DNA from: Rubrivivax sp. | GTDB taxonomy: Bacteria; Pseudomonadota; Gammaproteobacteria; Burkholderiales; Burkholderiaceae_C | Direction: 5' to 3' | NCBI GenBank assembly: GCA_020848515.1 | Contig: JADLIA010000021.1 | Coordinates: 1-57,656, forward strand | DNA: 57,656 nt | Shown: positions 37,542 through 47,133 of the stretch, piece after piece | Layout: the number at the start of each line of letters is the position of its first letter | How positions within the stretch are numbered: the stretch's first letter is position 1 | The notes under the pieces: generated by a model | The model's database searches: none | The model's input: the letters and a program-made list of their open reading frames with translations, nothing else | What the model was told of the DNA's origin: nothing | Translations under genes and position numbers: made by a program

Positions 37542-39877
37542 CAGTGCTCCGGATGCGGCATCGGCGGGGCCTTGGTCAGCCTCAGGGCATTGACCACCAC
37601 CAGCAACGAACTGGCCGCCATGCCCAAGCCTGCCGCCCAGGGCGACATCCACCCTGCCATGGCGAGCGGCACGCCCACCAGGTTGTAGGCCGCGGCCCAG
37701 CCCAAATTCTGCCTCACGATGCGCATGGTGCGGCGCGCCACGGCAAAAGACCCCGAAATCAGCCCCAGGCGCTCGCCCAGCACCACGAAGTCGGCCTGCG
37801 CCCGCGCCAGCGGCACGGCGTGCCCGAACGCGAACGACACGTCGGCGCCCGCCAGCACCGGCCCGTCGTTCAAGCCGTCGCCGACCATGGCCACGACCGC
37901 CCCGGCGCCCTGGGCCTGACGCATCTGCGCCAGCTTGTCGTCGGGCAGACAGCTGCCCTGCACATCGTCGATGCCGGCCAGCTGGCCGACGCGCCGCACC
38001 GCGTCCGGCCGGTCGCCCGACAGCAGCCGCACCCTGACGCCGGCCGCGCGCAACGCCTCGACCGCAGCGCGCGCGTCCGGGCGCAGATGCTCGCGCATCT
38101 CAAAGCTGGCCACCCAGCCCTGCTCGTCGCTCAGATGACTGACCGGACCGCCCGCGTCGCTGCCCTGCACGCCGCACCATGCCGCCGCCCCCAGGCGAAC
38201 CTGACCGCGCAGCGGCCCGGTTGCAGGGCCACGGGCCGTCAGGCCCTGCCCCACCATTTCCTGCAGATCGGCCACCGCCAGGGGCTCGACCCCCTCGTCC
38301 TGCGCCGCCTGCACCAGCGCGCGCGACAGCGGATGCAGGCTGCCCTGCGCCATGGCCGCCGCCAACGCCAGCGCCTGCGCGCGCGCCACGCCGTCGCGCA
38401 GGCGCACCTGCTCCAGCACGAAGGCATCGCGCGTCAGCGTGCCGGTCTTGTCGAACACCACCGTGTCCACCTTCGACAGCGCTTCCAGTGCCGACAGGCG
38501 GCGCACCAGCACGCCACGGCGCGCCAGCGCGCCGGCGCTGGCCAGCATGGCGGCGGGCGTCGCCAGCGACAGCGCGCACGGGCAGGTCACCACCAGGATC
38601 GCCACCGCGATCATCAACGCATGCGCCGGATCGCCGGGCCACCACCAGGCGCAGGCCAGGCCGGCCGCCAGCAGCACGAAGATGAGAAATGGCTTGGCCA
38701 GGCGGTCGGCCAGCTGGGCAATTTGCGGCTTGCTGGTCGACGCCTGGGCCATCAGGGCCACGATCTGCGCGTAGCGGGTGTCGGCGCCGACCTGCTCGAC
38801 CCGCATCTCCACCGCTGCCGACAGGTTGTGGCTGCCGGCAATGACGGGCGCACCCTCGCCCCGCGACAGCGGGGTCGATTCGCCGGTCAGCAAGGCTTCG
38901 TCAACCGCGGTCTGGCCCCGCAGCAGCACCCCATCGGCCGGAAACACCTCGCCCGGCAGCACCCGCAGCACGTCGTCGACGCGCACGCGCCGCACCGACA
39001 CGCGCTCCCATGCGCCGTCCGCCGCCTGTCGCAGCACACTGTCGGGCAGGCGGTGCATCAGGGCTTCCAGTGCGCCCGCCGTGCGATCGCGCAGGCGCAG
39101 CTCCAGCCAGCGGCCGGTGAGCAGGAAGAACACGAACATGGTCAGCGAGTCGAAATAGACCTCGCGCCCGAACAGCCCCTCGGGCTCGAACGTGCCCAGC
39201 GAACTGACCACGAAGGTGATCAGCATGCCCAGCGCCACCGGCAGGTCCATGCTGACGCGGCGCAGCTTCAGGTCGAGCAGCGCATGTCGAAAGAAGGGCT
39301 GACACGAGAACAGCACCACCGGAATCGACAGCACCCACTGCGCCCAGCGCAGCAGGTGGATGAAGTTCGGTTCGATCTCGCCGGGCGACGCCAGGTAGGT
39401 CGGCGTGGCATACATCATCACCTGCATCATGCAGACACCGGCCACCCCCAGGCGCCACAGCATGCGGCGGGTTTCGGCCTGACGGCGCTCGCTGGCGAAG
39501 GCATCGTGGGCCGGCAGCGGCCGGTAGCCACTGCGCAGCACCGCCTGCATCCAGGCGGAAGGACGGGTGGCGCCCTCCTCCCACACCACCCGACCGCGAT
39601 GGCTGGCGGCGCTGATGTCGGCTTCGCGCACGCCGGGCGTGGCGCGCAGGGCCTGTTCGATGGTCACCGCGCAGGCCGCGCAATGCATGCCTTCGAACAC
39701 CACACTGGATTCCCACAGTCCCCCCTGCGCGCCTGCCGGGCGGCTGAACTCCAGCCACTCGTCGCGTTCGTCGAGCAACTGCCACGCGGCATCGCCCTGC
39801 GGCGGCCCCGATGGCCGCTGCCCGGGCCCATCGCCCGCCACCGAGCCCGGGAAAGTCCCACTTGCGCCTTGCATCAC
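37541..39877 (-). CDS. ccoI: Heavy-metal (Cu) P-type ATPase CcoI/FixI
   Basis: GMHCAAC, TGES, CPCAL, DKTGTLT, GDGLND; start GTG 39877 or ATG 39874. Confidence 0.94.
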   Translation of the reverse strand: MMQGASGTFPGSVAGDGPGQRPSGPPQGDAAWQLLDERDEWLEFSRPAGAQGGLWESSVVFEGMHCAACAVTIEQALRATPGVREADISAASHRGRVVWEEGATRPSAWMQAVLRSGYRPLPAHDAFASERRQAETRRMLWRLGVAGVCMMQVMMYATPTYLASPGEIEPNFIHLLRWAQWVLSIPVVLFSCQPFFRHALLDLKLRRVSMDLPVALGMLITFVVSSLGTFEPEGLFGREVYFDSLTMFVFFLLTGRWLELRLRDRTAGALEALMHRLPDSVLRQAADGAWERVSVRRVRVDDVLRVLPGEVFPADGVLLRGQTAVDEALLTGESTPLSRGEGAPVIAGSHNLSAAVEMRVEQVGADTRYAQIVALMAQASTSKPQIAQLADRLAKPFLIFVLLAAGLACAWWWPGDPAHALMIAVAILVVTCPCALSLATPAAMLASAGALARRGVLVRRLSALEALSKVDTVVFDKTGTLTRDAFVLEQVRLRDGVARAQALALAAAMAQGSLHPLSRALVQAAQDEGVEPLAVADLQEMVGQGLTARGPATGPLRGQVRLGAAAWCGVQGSDAGGPVSHLSDEQGWVASFEMREHLRPDARAAVEALRAAGVRVRLLSGDRPDAVRRVGQLAGIDDVQGSCLPDDKLAQMRQAQGAGAVVAMVGDGLNDGPVLAGADVSFAFGHAVPLARAQADFVVLGERLGLISGSFAVARRTMRIVRQNLGWAAAYNLVGVPLAMAGWMSPWAAGLGMAASSLLVVVNALRLTKAPPMPHPEH

Positions 39878-40024
39878 GGCACGAACTGTACGCGTTTTGG
39901 CGCCTGCGCCGGCCAGGGCGCGCCAATGACCGCCCACCGCGATCGGAGTGCGCTAAGCTATCCGCTGATCCGCGCAAGCTCCCCGGCGCCGCCCGCCGAT
40001 ACCTCAACACTGGAGATCCCCACC

Positions 40025-40468
40025 ATGTACGACCGCATCCTTGTCGCCACCGACGGCTCCAAACTGTCCAAGAAAGCGGTGGACAGCGCCATCAAGCTGG
40101 CCGCCCTGTGTGGCGCCGAACTCATTGCGCTGCGCGTCGTGCCGCGCTACCCGCAGAGCTACTTCGAGGGCTCCATCCCGCTGGCGCCGGACGACGTGGC
40201 GCGCGTCGAAAAGCAATGGGCCGACCAGGGCCAGGAGTCCGTGGACGCGGTCAAGAAGGCCGGCGAGGCCAAGGGCGTCAAGGTCAAGGCGATTCTGGCC
40301 AAGTCCGACATCGTCTCCGATGCCCTGATCGCTGCAGCCAGGAAGCACAAGGCCGACATCATCGTCATGGCCTCGCACGGCCGCAAAGGCGTCAAGCGCC
40401 TGCTGCTGGGCAGCGAGACGCAGCAGGTGTTGACGCACTCGGAAATCCCAGTGCTGGTGCTGCGCTGA
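40025..40468 (+). CDS. Universal stress protein
   Basis: ILVATDGS, DIIVMASHGR, LLLGSETQQVL, IPVLVLR; GGAG RBS. Confidence 0.95.
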   Translation: MYDRILVATDGSKLSKKAVDSAIKLAALCGAELIALRVVPRYPQSYFEGSIPLAPDDVARVEKQWADQGQESVDAVKKAGEAKGVKVKAILAKSDIVSDALIAAARKHKADIIVMASHGRKGVKRLLLGSETQQVLTHSEIPVLVLR

Positions 40469-40559
40469 CCGTGCGCCGGCCGCCGCGGCCGCGCACCCCC
40501 CCGAACGACGGCTCCGGGCGCCACCCGGGGCCGTCGTCACATGCGGCCAGCCCGCTGCG

Positions 40560-41171
40560 TCATGACGCGCTCGCCGCGCCCGCCGATTCGCCACCACCGG
40601 CTTGCAGCGGCGCCGCATTGGGCAGTGCGGTGGGCCTTGGGGTCGGGGCGGGCAGCTGCCCGGCCAGGCGCTCGCGCAGCCCGATCTCGAGCCGGTCGAT
40701 GCGGGCGTGCAGCTCGCGGTTGTGGCCTTCCACGGTCTGCACCAGGCGGCCGATCTCGGCGTCCACCGGACGATCGCGCAGCCCCGTTTCGGCCCGGTCG
40801 ACGCGCGACAGCGTCTCGCGTGTCTGGTTGGCGATGACCTCGGACAGCCGGCTCACCTCGCGGTCCAGGTGGGCGCGCAGTTCGGTGAAGCGCGAGGCCT
40901 CGGCCTTGTCGGCCAGTTCACGCTGCACCGACAGCTCCTTGGCGTGACGGCGCGTTTCCATCAGCACCGTGCCCTGGGTGTAGGCGATCAGGCCGACGAA
41001 CACGGCCGACAGCAGCGCCATCAGCCCCAGCAGCACCAGACCGAGCGGGGCGCGGATTTCCATGAACACCAGGTTCAGGTCGGTGGGCGCCGTCATGACG
41101 CTCCAGTTGATGCCGATGAAGGCCACGATGGCGGTGCCGACCAGCAGCAGAAGCAGGGCTCGCAGGGACAT
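40560..41171 (-). CDS. LapA/DUF1049-like membrane protein with coiled coil
   Basis: Two N-terminal TM helices (…INW…APLGLVLL), helical C-terminus; AGGAAGGAG RBS. Confidence 0.7.
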   Translation of the reverse strand: MSLRALLLLLVGTAIVAFIGINWSVMTAPTDLNLVFMEIRAPLGLVLLGLMALLSAVFVGLIAYTQGTVLMETRRHAKELSVQRELADKAEASRFTELRAHLDREVSRLSEVIANQTRETLSRVDRAETGLRDRPVDAEIGRLVQTVEGHNRELHARIDRLEIGLRERLAGQLPAPTPRPTALPNAAPLQAGGGESAGAASAS

Positions 41172-41281
41172 GGCGGTGGGGCTCCTTCCTGGGAATCTGC
41201 ACGCGGCTCGCGTGACCATCAGCGGGCAAGTTTACCCGTGCCCCTGCCACGCCTGACAGCCACGCCTGACGGTCGCAAGCT

Positions 41282-42856
41282 TCACGCCGTGACGAACAGA
41301 TGCTGGTAGCGCTGGCGCAGCAGGGTCTTCTGCACCTTGCCCATGGTGTTGCGCGGCAGTTCGGTTTCGACGAAGCAGCGCTTGGGGATCTTGAAGTTGG
41401 CCAGCCGCGCCTTCAGCTCGGCCAGCAGGGCATCGGCGTCGGGCCGGGCGCCGGGCCGGGCGATCACCACGGCCACGCCGACTTCGCCGAAGTCCGGGTG
41501 CGGCACGCCGACCACGGCGCTTTCGGCCACGCCGGGCAGCTCGTTCAGGAAGCCTTCGATCTCGGCCGGGTAGACGTTGTAGCCACCGCTGATGATCAGG
41601 TCCTTGCTGCGCCCGACGATGGTGACGTAGCCGCGCGCGTCCTGCTGGCCGACGTCGCCGGTCTTGAAGAAGCCATCGGACGTGAACTCCTCAGCGGTCT
41701 TTTCGGGCATCTGCCAGTAGCCGGCGAACACGTTCGGGCCCTTGACCTGGATGCCGCCGATTTCGCCCGCCGGCAGATCGCGACCGTCTTCGCCCTGCAC
41801 GCGCAGGCGCACGCCCGGCAGCGGAAAGCCGACCGTGCCGCCGCGCCGCTCGTCCTGGCCGCCGTAGCGGGCGTCGGCCTGCCAGGGGTTGCTGGTCAGC
41901 ATGATGGTTTCGCTCATGCCGTAGCGCTCCAGGATGGTGTGGCCGGTGCGCGCGCGCCAGTCGTTGAAGGTTTCGATCAGCAGCGGCGCCGAACCGCTGA
42001 TGAACAGCCGCATGTGGGCCGCCTGCGCCCGGGTCAGCGCGGGTTCGGCCAGCATGCGCACGTACAGCGTGGGCACACCCATGAACACGGTGGCGCGCGG
42101 CAGGTCGGCAATCACCTTCTTGGGATCGAACTTGCCGTGCCACAGCATGCGGCTGCCGTTGAGCAGGGCGCCGTGAATGGCCACGAACAGGCCATGCACG
42201 TGAAAGATCGGCAGCGCATGGATCAGCACGTCGCCGCCCTGCTCCGGCGTTCTCCAGCCCCAGTACTCCTTCAGCATCGCTGCGTTGGACAGCAGGTTGC
42301 CGTGCGACAGCATGGCGCCCTTGCTGCGCCCGGTGGTGCCGCTGGTGTAGAGGATGGCCGCCAGATCGTCGGCCTGGCGCACCACCGGCTGCTGGCGGTC
42401 GCTGCAGTGCGCGGCACGCTCCAGCAGGCTGCCGCTGCGGTCGTCGTCCAGCGTGAACACGTGGCGCGTGCCGGCCTGAAAGGCGATCTGGCTGACCCAG
42501 GGGAAGTTGCCGCGGGTGCACACCACCACGGCTGGCCTGGCGTTGCCGATGAAGTATTCGATCTCGGCGCGCTGGTAGGCGGTGTTGAGCGGCAGGAACA
42601 CGAAGCCGGCACGCAGCGTGGCCAGGTACAGGATCATGGCCTCGACCGACTTTTCCACCTGCACCGCCACGCGCGGCGGCGCGCCGCTGGCATCGGGCGG
42701 GATGGACAGCGAGGCCAGCAGGTTGGCGACCATGGCGCTGGCGCGATCGAGGTCGCGCCACGAATAGCACAGGCCGTTGTCGGTTTCGACGGCCACGGCG
42801 TCCAGATCGGCGGGAAAGGCGTCGCGCAGGGCAACGAACAGGTTTTGCTGGGACAT
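41282..42856 (-). CDS. matB: Malonyl-CoA synthetase
   Basis: YTSGTTGRSKG, LPIFHVHGLF, LERYGMSE, LPRNTMGKVQK; clustered with malonyl-CoA decarboxylase. Confidence 0.92.
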   Translation of the reverse strand: MSQQNLFVALRDAFPADLDAVAVETDNGLCYSWRDLDRASAMVANLLASLSIPPDASGAPPRVAVQVEKSVEAMILYLATLRAGFVFLPLNTAYQRAEIEYFIGNARPAVVVCTRGNFPWVSQIAFQAGTRHVFTLDDDRSGSLLERAAHCSDRQQPVVRQADDLAAILYTSGTTGRSKGAMLSHGNLLSNAAMLKEYWGWRTPEQGGDVLIHALPIFHVHGLFVAIHGALLNGSRMLWHGKFDPKKVIADLPRATVFMGVPTLYVRMLAEPALTRAQAAHMRLFISGSAPLLIETFNDWRARTGHTILERYGMSETIMLTSNPWQADARYGGQDERRGGTVGFPLPGVRLRVQGEDGRDLPAGEIGGIQVKGPNVFAGYWQMPEKTAEEFTSDGFFKTGDVGQQDARGYVTIVGRSKDLIISGGYNVYPAEIEGFLNELPGVAESAVVGVPHPDFGEVGVAVVIARPGARPDADALLAELKARLANFKIPKRCFVETELPRNTMGKVQKTLLRQRYQHLFVTA

Positions 42857-42880
42857 GGGGTTCAGAGGTAGGAGGGAAGC

Positions 42881-43678
42881 TCAGAAACGCGCCGGGCGCT
42901 TTGCCAGAAAGGCGTCGATGCCCTCGCGGTGCTCGGCGCTGTCGGCGTAGTCGTAGGCCCAATGCACTATGTTTTCGATAGCTGCCGGCGCTTGCCCAGC
43001 AAGCGCCGAAGGCCCATTCAGTGCACGAAAGGTCTGCTTGTTCAGGCGCGCCGCCTGCGGCGCCAGGGCGGCGATGCGGCGGGCACGCTCGAGCGCATGG
43101 GCGTGCATGGCCGCGGCGTCGGGCAGCACGCGCTGCAGAAAGCCGCGCGCCTGCATTTCTGCGGCATCGAGCACCGCCGCCTCCAGCAGCAGCTCGCGCG
43201 CCGTGGCCTCGCCCAGCGCCCGCGCCACCAGCTGCGCTTCGCGCGGTGCCATCGGAAAGCCCAGGCGGGCGATCGGGGCGCCAAAGCGCGCATCGGCGGC
43301 GGCGACGCGAATGTCGCAGCAGCTGGCGATTTCCACCCCCGCGCCCATGCAGTGGCCGGCAATGGCGGCCACCAGCGGCAGGTCGCAGTCCAGCAGCGCG
43401 CCCAGCGCGCCCCACACCTCGTACTCGTGGAAGGCGCGCAGACGGTCGGGCTGAAAGCGGAACGCCGGGTATTCGGCAATGTCGCCGCCGGCGCAGAACT
43501 GCGCACCCTCACCACGCACCACCACGCAGCGCAGGTCGGCCCGCGCGGGCAGCTCCAGGAACAGCTCGCGCAGCCGGCGCCACATGGCGCGCGACATGGC
43601 GTTGAACTTGCCGGGATGCGACAGCACGACGGTCGCGATGGCGCCGTCGACGGTCAACTCAATCGATCCGCACGCCAC
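42881..43678 (-). CDS. Enoyl-CoA hydratase/isomerase family protein
   Basis: FCAGGDI, AAIAGHCMGAGVEIA, EGIDAFLAKRPARF. Confidence 0.9.
   Translation of the reverse strand: MACGSIELTVDGAIATVVLSHPGKFNAMSRAMWRRLRELFLELPARADLRCVVVRGEGAQFCAGGDIAEYPAFRFQPDRLRAFHEYEVWGALGALLDCDLPLVAAIAGHCMGAGVEIASCCDIRVAAADARFGAPIARLGFPMAPREAQLVARALGEATARELLLEAAVLDAAEMQARGFLQRVLPDAAAMHAHALERARRIAALAPQAARLNKQTFRALNGPSALAGQAPAAIENIVHWAYDYADSAEHREGIDAFLAKRPARF
42966..43006 (-). repeat. Dispersed 41-bp motif copy 12 (inside enoyl-CoA hydratase)
   Basis: Minus strand: GCGC ttgctgggcaa GCGC cggca GCTA tcgaaaaca TAGT. Confidence 0.92.
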
Positions 43679-44651
43679 CGGTCGCCTTCACCACCTTGGC
43701 CCACTTGGCCATTTCGAGCTGCACGAAACCGCCGAAGGCGGCGGCGTCGAGGTTGGCGAATTCCGCCCCCTGACCGGCCCAGACCTGCTTGTTTTCGGGG
43801 GTCTGGGCGGACTTGCGCACGGCCTCGATCATGGCCGCCTGGGCCTCGGCGGGCGTGCCCTTGGGGGCCCAGATGCCGTACCAGGTGCTGACGTCGTAGT
43901 CGGACAGCCCCGACTCACGCGCCGAGGGCACGTCCGGAAAGGCGGGGCTTCGGCTGCGCCCGGCCATCATCAGCGGCTGGATGCGGCCACCCTTGATGTG
44001 CGCCGCCGACGAGCCCAGCCCGTCGAACATCAGATCCACCTCGCCTGCGATCAGGGCCTGCAGCGCCGGGCCGGCGCCGCGGTAGGGAATGTGGGTGATG
44101 AAGGTGCCGGTCTGCTGTTTGAACAGCTCGCCGGCCAGATGGTGCGAGGTGCCGCTGCCGGCCGACGCGTAGTTGAGCTTGCCCGGGTTCTTCCTGGCCA
44201 GCTCGATCAGGTCCTTGACGGTGCGCGCCTGCACCCGCTTGGGGTTGACCACCACCACCTGCGGCACGCGCGCCACCAGAATCAGAGGCACGAAGTCCTG
44301 CAGCAGGTCGTACTGGAGCTTGGGGTACACGCTGGGCGCAATGGCGTGGTGCACGCCGCCCATGAAGAAGTTGTAGCCGTCGGCCGGCGCCTTGGCCGCC
44401 ACCGCGGCGCCCACCGTGCCGCCGCCACCGCCCTTGTTGTCGATCACCAGGTTCTGCCCGGTCAGGCGCGTGAACTGGGCGCCCAGCGGGCGCGCAAAGG
44501 CGTCGGTGCCGCCACCGGCCGGAAAGGGCACCACCAGGTTGACGGGCCGCGCCGGCCAGGCCGATTGCGCGCGGGCGCCGCCCGGCAGGGCGGTGACGGC
44601 GGCGGTGGCCAGCAGCAGTTGCCGACGGGTGAACGACGTGATCATGCGCAT
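43659..44651 (-). CDS. Tripartite tricarboxylate transporter substrate-binding protein (Bug/TctC)
   Basis: TRRQLL signal, VPFPAGGGTD, APADGY, HIPYRGAGPA. Confidence 0.94.
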   Translation of the reverse strand: MRMITSFTRRQLLLATAAVTALPGGARAQSAWPARPVNLVVPFPAGGGTDAFARPLGAQFTRLTGQNLVIDNKGGGGGTVGAAVAAKAPADGYNFFMGGVHHAIAPSVYPKLQYDLLQDFVPLILVARVPQVVVVNPKRVQARTVKDLIELARKNPGKLNYASAGSGTSHHLAGELFKQQTGTFITHIPYRGAGPALQALIAGEVDLMFDGLGSSAAHIKGGRIQPLMMAGRSRSPAFPDVPSARESGLSDYDVSTWYGIWAPKGTPAEAQAAMIEAVRKSAQTPENKQVWAGQGAEFANLDAAAFGGFVQLEMAKWAKVVKATGGVRID

Positions 44652-44669
44652 CTCCTCTTTCGTTTGAAG

Positions 44670-46076
44670 TCAAAGCAGATCAGTTTGCAATGCCTGCACG
44701 GCGTGCGACATCGGGGGTTTTCCCTGTGCCAGCTGGGCCCGATGCCGATCCAGACGCCGCAGGTCGTACAGGTAGTTGACCATCAGGCCCCAGGACTGGC
44801 GCAGGCCCTTGGGCGAAGGGTCGGCCAGCCAGTTGAGCTGCTCGATGCGCGCGCCGTTGCCCAGGTGAAAGCGCGCCACGCCGTCCAGCGGGCGGCCGTC
44901 GTCGGCCAGCTCGCGCCCCAGGTAGCGCGCCGCCACCGCCAGCAGCCAGCGGCGCGCGGCCGAGCGCTCGTCCAGCGTCGCCACACCGTCCAGCGCCTTC
45001 AGCAGGGCCGCGGCGTCGGGCGCCAGCGGCGCGCCCAGCTCGCGCTCCAGCGCCTGCCGCAGGCGCGCCGGCGTGGCGCGCAGCAGCGCCGGCGCCTGTT
45101 GATCGACCCAGCGGCGCAGGCCGGGGATGGGCGACAGGGTGGCAAACACTTTCAGCTGCGCAAACTCGGTGCGCAGGGTTTCCACCACGCGCTTGATCAG
45201 CGAGTCGCCAAAACTCACCCCGCGCAGGCCAGCCTGGGTGTTGCTGATGGAGTAGAAGATGGCCGTGTGGGCACGCGTCAGATCGGCGGCCGGCGCCTGC
45301 TCGTCCAGCAGCGGGGTGATGCTGCGGGCCATGTCGTGCAGCAGCGCCACCTCGACGAAGATCAGCGGCTCGTCAGGCAGGCGCGGGTGAAAGAAGCCGT
45401 AGCAGCGCCGGTCTTCGTCGAGCCGGTTCTTGGCGTCGGCCCAGCTGCGGATGTCGTGCACCGCCTCGTAGCGGATCAGCTTTTCGACCAGCGAGGCGGG
45501 CGAATCCCAGCTGATGCGCCGCAGCTCCAGAAAGCCGACGTCGAACCAGGTGGAAAACAGCTCCTGCAGTTCGTCGTCGAGCGCGATCAGGCGCTTGTCC
45601 CGGGCCAGATGGGGCAACAACTCGGCGCGCAGGTCGACCAGAAAGCGCACACCGCCCGGATAGGCGGAAAAGCGCTGCAGCAGGCGCGTGCGCGGCGCGG
45701 TGAAGGCGCGGCGCAGCCGCACTTCGGCGCGCGACTCGTCTTCGCTGCCGCGCGCGGCCTGGTAGGCGGCGTGTGCGGCCTGGATCGCCGACACGTCGGG
45801 GCTGAAGTGCTCGCTCATCAGCAGCCAGCATGCGCGCCGCTGCTGCGGCGTGGCGCGGGCGTATTCCTCGGCCACCGCGGCGGCGCGGCGGCCGCCCTCG
45901 ACCTCGCTGACCGCCGGGTCGAGCACCTGCTGCAGCTCGCGCAGAAAGCGGCGCGCGTTCCAGCCGCCGAAGGCATCGACGCCACGTTCCAGCATGGCGC
46001 TCAGGCGCTCGCGCATGCTGAGCCCCGGACGGTCTCCGGTGGCCGCTGCAGGGTCGCGATCTGCTTCCATATTCAT
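44670..46076 (-). CDS. Malonyl-CoA decarboxylase
   Basis: YEAVH, EPLIFVEVAL, FYSISNTQAGLRGVSFG, TLSPIPG, VARFHLGNGA, MVNYLY; start uncertain. Confidence 0.94.
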   Translation of the reverse strand: MNMEADRDPAAATGDRPGLSMRERLSAMLERGVDAFGGWNARRFLRELQQVLDPAVSEVEGGRRAAAVAEEYARATPQQRRACWLLMSEHFSPDVSAIQAAHAAYQAARGSEDESRAEVRLRRAFTAPRTRLLQRFSAYPGGVRFLVDLRAELLPHLARDKRLIALDDELQELFSTWFDVGFLELRRISWDSPASLVEKLIRYEAVHDIRSWADAKNRLDEDRRCYGFFHPRLPDEPLIFVEVALLHDMARSITPLLDEQAPAADLTRAHTAIFYSISNTQAGLRGVSFGDSLIKRVVETLRTEFAQLKVFATLSPIPGLRRWVDQQAPALLRATPARLRQALERELGAPLAPDAAALLKALDGVATLDERSAARRWLLAVAARYLGRELADDGRPLDGVARFHLGNGARIEQLNWLADPSPKGLRQSWGLMVNYLYDLRRLDRHRAQLAQGKPPMSHAVQALQTDLL

Positions 46077-46103
46077 AGCTGTTGGCGCTTGATGGATAAG
46101 CGC
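46063..46103 (-). repeat. Dispersed 41-bp motif copy 13 (overlaps predicted start of malonyl-CoA decarboxylase)
   Basis: Minus strand: GCGC ttatccatcaa GCGC caaca GCTA tgaatatgg AAGC. Confidence 0.88.
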
Positions 46104-46136
46104 CGAAGCCGAAAATCGCTCATGGTCCGCAAGCCG

Positions 46137-46976
46137 TCAAGGCGTGCCCGCCAGCGGCGCCGGTCGCCGCCCGGCCCAGACCCACAGGGCCAGGCCGGCG
46201 GCCATCATGGGCAGGCACAGCCACTGGCCCATGCTCATGCCCAGGGCCAGCAGCCCCAGGTGGGCGTCGGGCTGTCGGAAGTACTCGGCAACGAAGCGCA
46301 GCACCCCATAGCCCAGCAGAAAGGCGCCGCTGACCTGGCCGGTCTGGCGCGGCCGGCGCGCGTACAGCCACAGCAGCGCGAACAGCAGCACACCCTCCAG
46401 CAGGAACTGGTAGATCTGCGACGGGTGGCGCGGCGGATTGCTGCCGTCGGGCAGCACCGCGCCGGGAAACACCATGGCCCAGGGCAGCGAGGGGTCGGCC
46501 ACCCGCCCCCACAGCTCACCGTTGATGAAGTTGCCGACGCGTCCCGAAGCCAGGCCCAGCGGCACGCAGGGCGCCACCAGATCGGTCACCTGCAGCCAGG
46601 GCCGCCCGCGCGTGCGCGCCCACAGCGCCATGGCGGCGATCACGCCCAGCATGCCGCCGTGAAAACTCATGCCGCCCTTCCACACCGCCAGGATCTCCAG
46701 CGGGTTGGCCGCGTAGTACGCTGGCTTGTAGAACAGGCAGTAACCCAGCCGACCGCCCAGGATCACGCCCAGCACGCCCCAGAACAGCATGTCCTCGATG
46801 TCGCGCCGCGTCCACGGCGCCGGTTGCGTGATGGCTGCGTAGGGCGGGTGGTGCAGGCGCCGCAGCGCCAGCAGCATGAACAGGCCGAACGCCACCAGAT
46901 AGGTCAGCCCATACCAGTGGATGGCCAGCGGGCCGAGCTGCAACGCGACGGGATCGATCTGGGGGTGCACCAGCAT
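46137..46976 (-). CDS. lgt: Prolipoprotein diacylglyceryl transferase
   Basis: [39 protein letters not shown]. Confidence 0.97.
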   Translation of the reverse strand: MLVHPQIDPVALQLGPLAIHWYGLTYLVAFGLFMLLALRRLHHPPYAAITQPAPWTRRDIEDMLFWGVLGVILGGRLGYCLFYKPAYYAANPLEILAVWKGGMSFHGGMLGVIAAMALWARTRGRPWLQVTDLVAPCVPLGLASGRVGNFINGELWGRVADPSLPWAMVFPGAVLPDGSNPPRHPSQIYQFLLEGVLLFALLWLYARRPRQTGQVSGAFLLGYGVLRFVAEYFRQPDAHLGLLALGMSMGQWLCLPMMAAGLALWVWAGRRPAPLAGTP

Positions 46977-47133
46977 GGCGGCGATTGTGCCGCAGGCCAG
47001 CCGGCATCCTCCCCGGTGGCGCCACCGCTGCGCACCGACGCGTGGTGCCGTGAACACGGTTTGCGCCAGCACAGGGTCTGACCACGCCGATGACGCGATA
47101 CTGACGGCCCTGACCTTCCCGAAGAGAACCCCC

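Noticed and set aside
39948-39975. GCGC-taa-GCTA upstream of usp as a motif copy
   Set aside because: Spacer is 3 nt, not 5, with no TAGC box; more likely a TAAGCT -10 element.
37544-40024. Apparent 974-aa protein ending in a Usp domain
   Set aside because: Only 40025-40468 is the gene (own RBS and ATG); the rest is antisense to ccoI.
43479-47081. 1200-aa plus-strand ORF and similar long ORFs (13895-16675, 18555-20765, 52169-54445)
   Set aside because: They lie opposite well-supported genes and have Arg/Ala/Gly-rich shadow composition.
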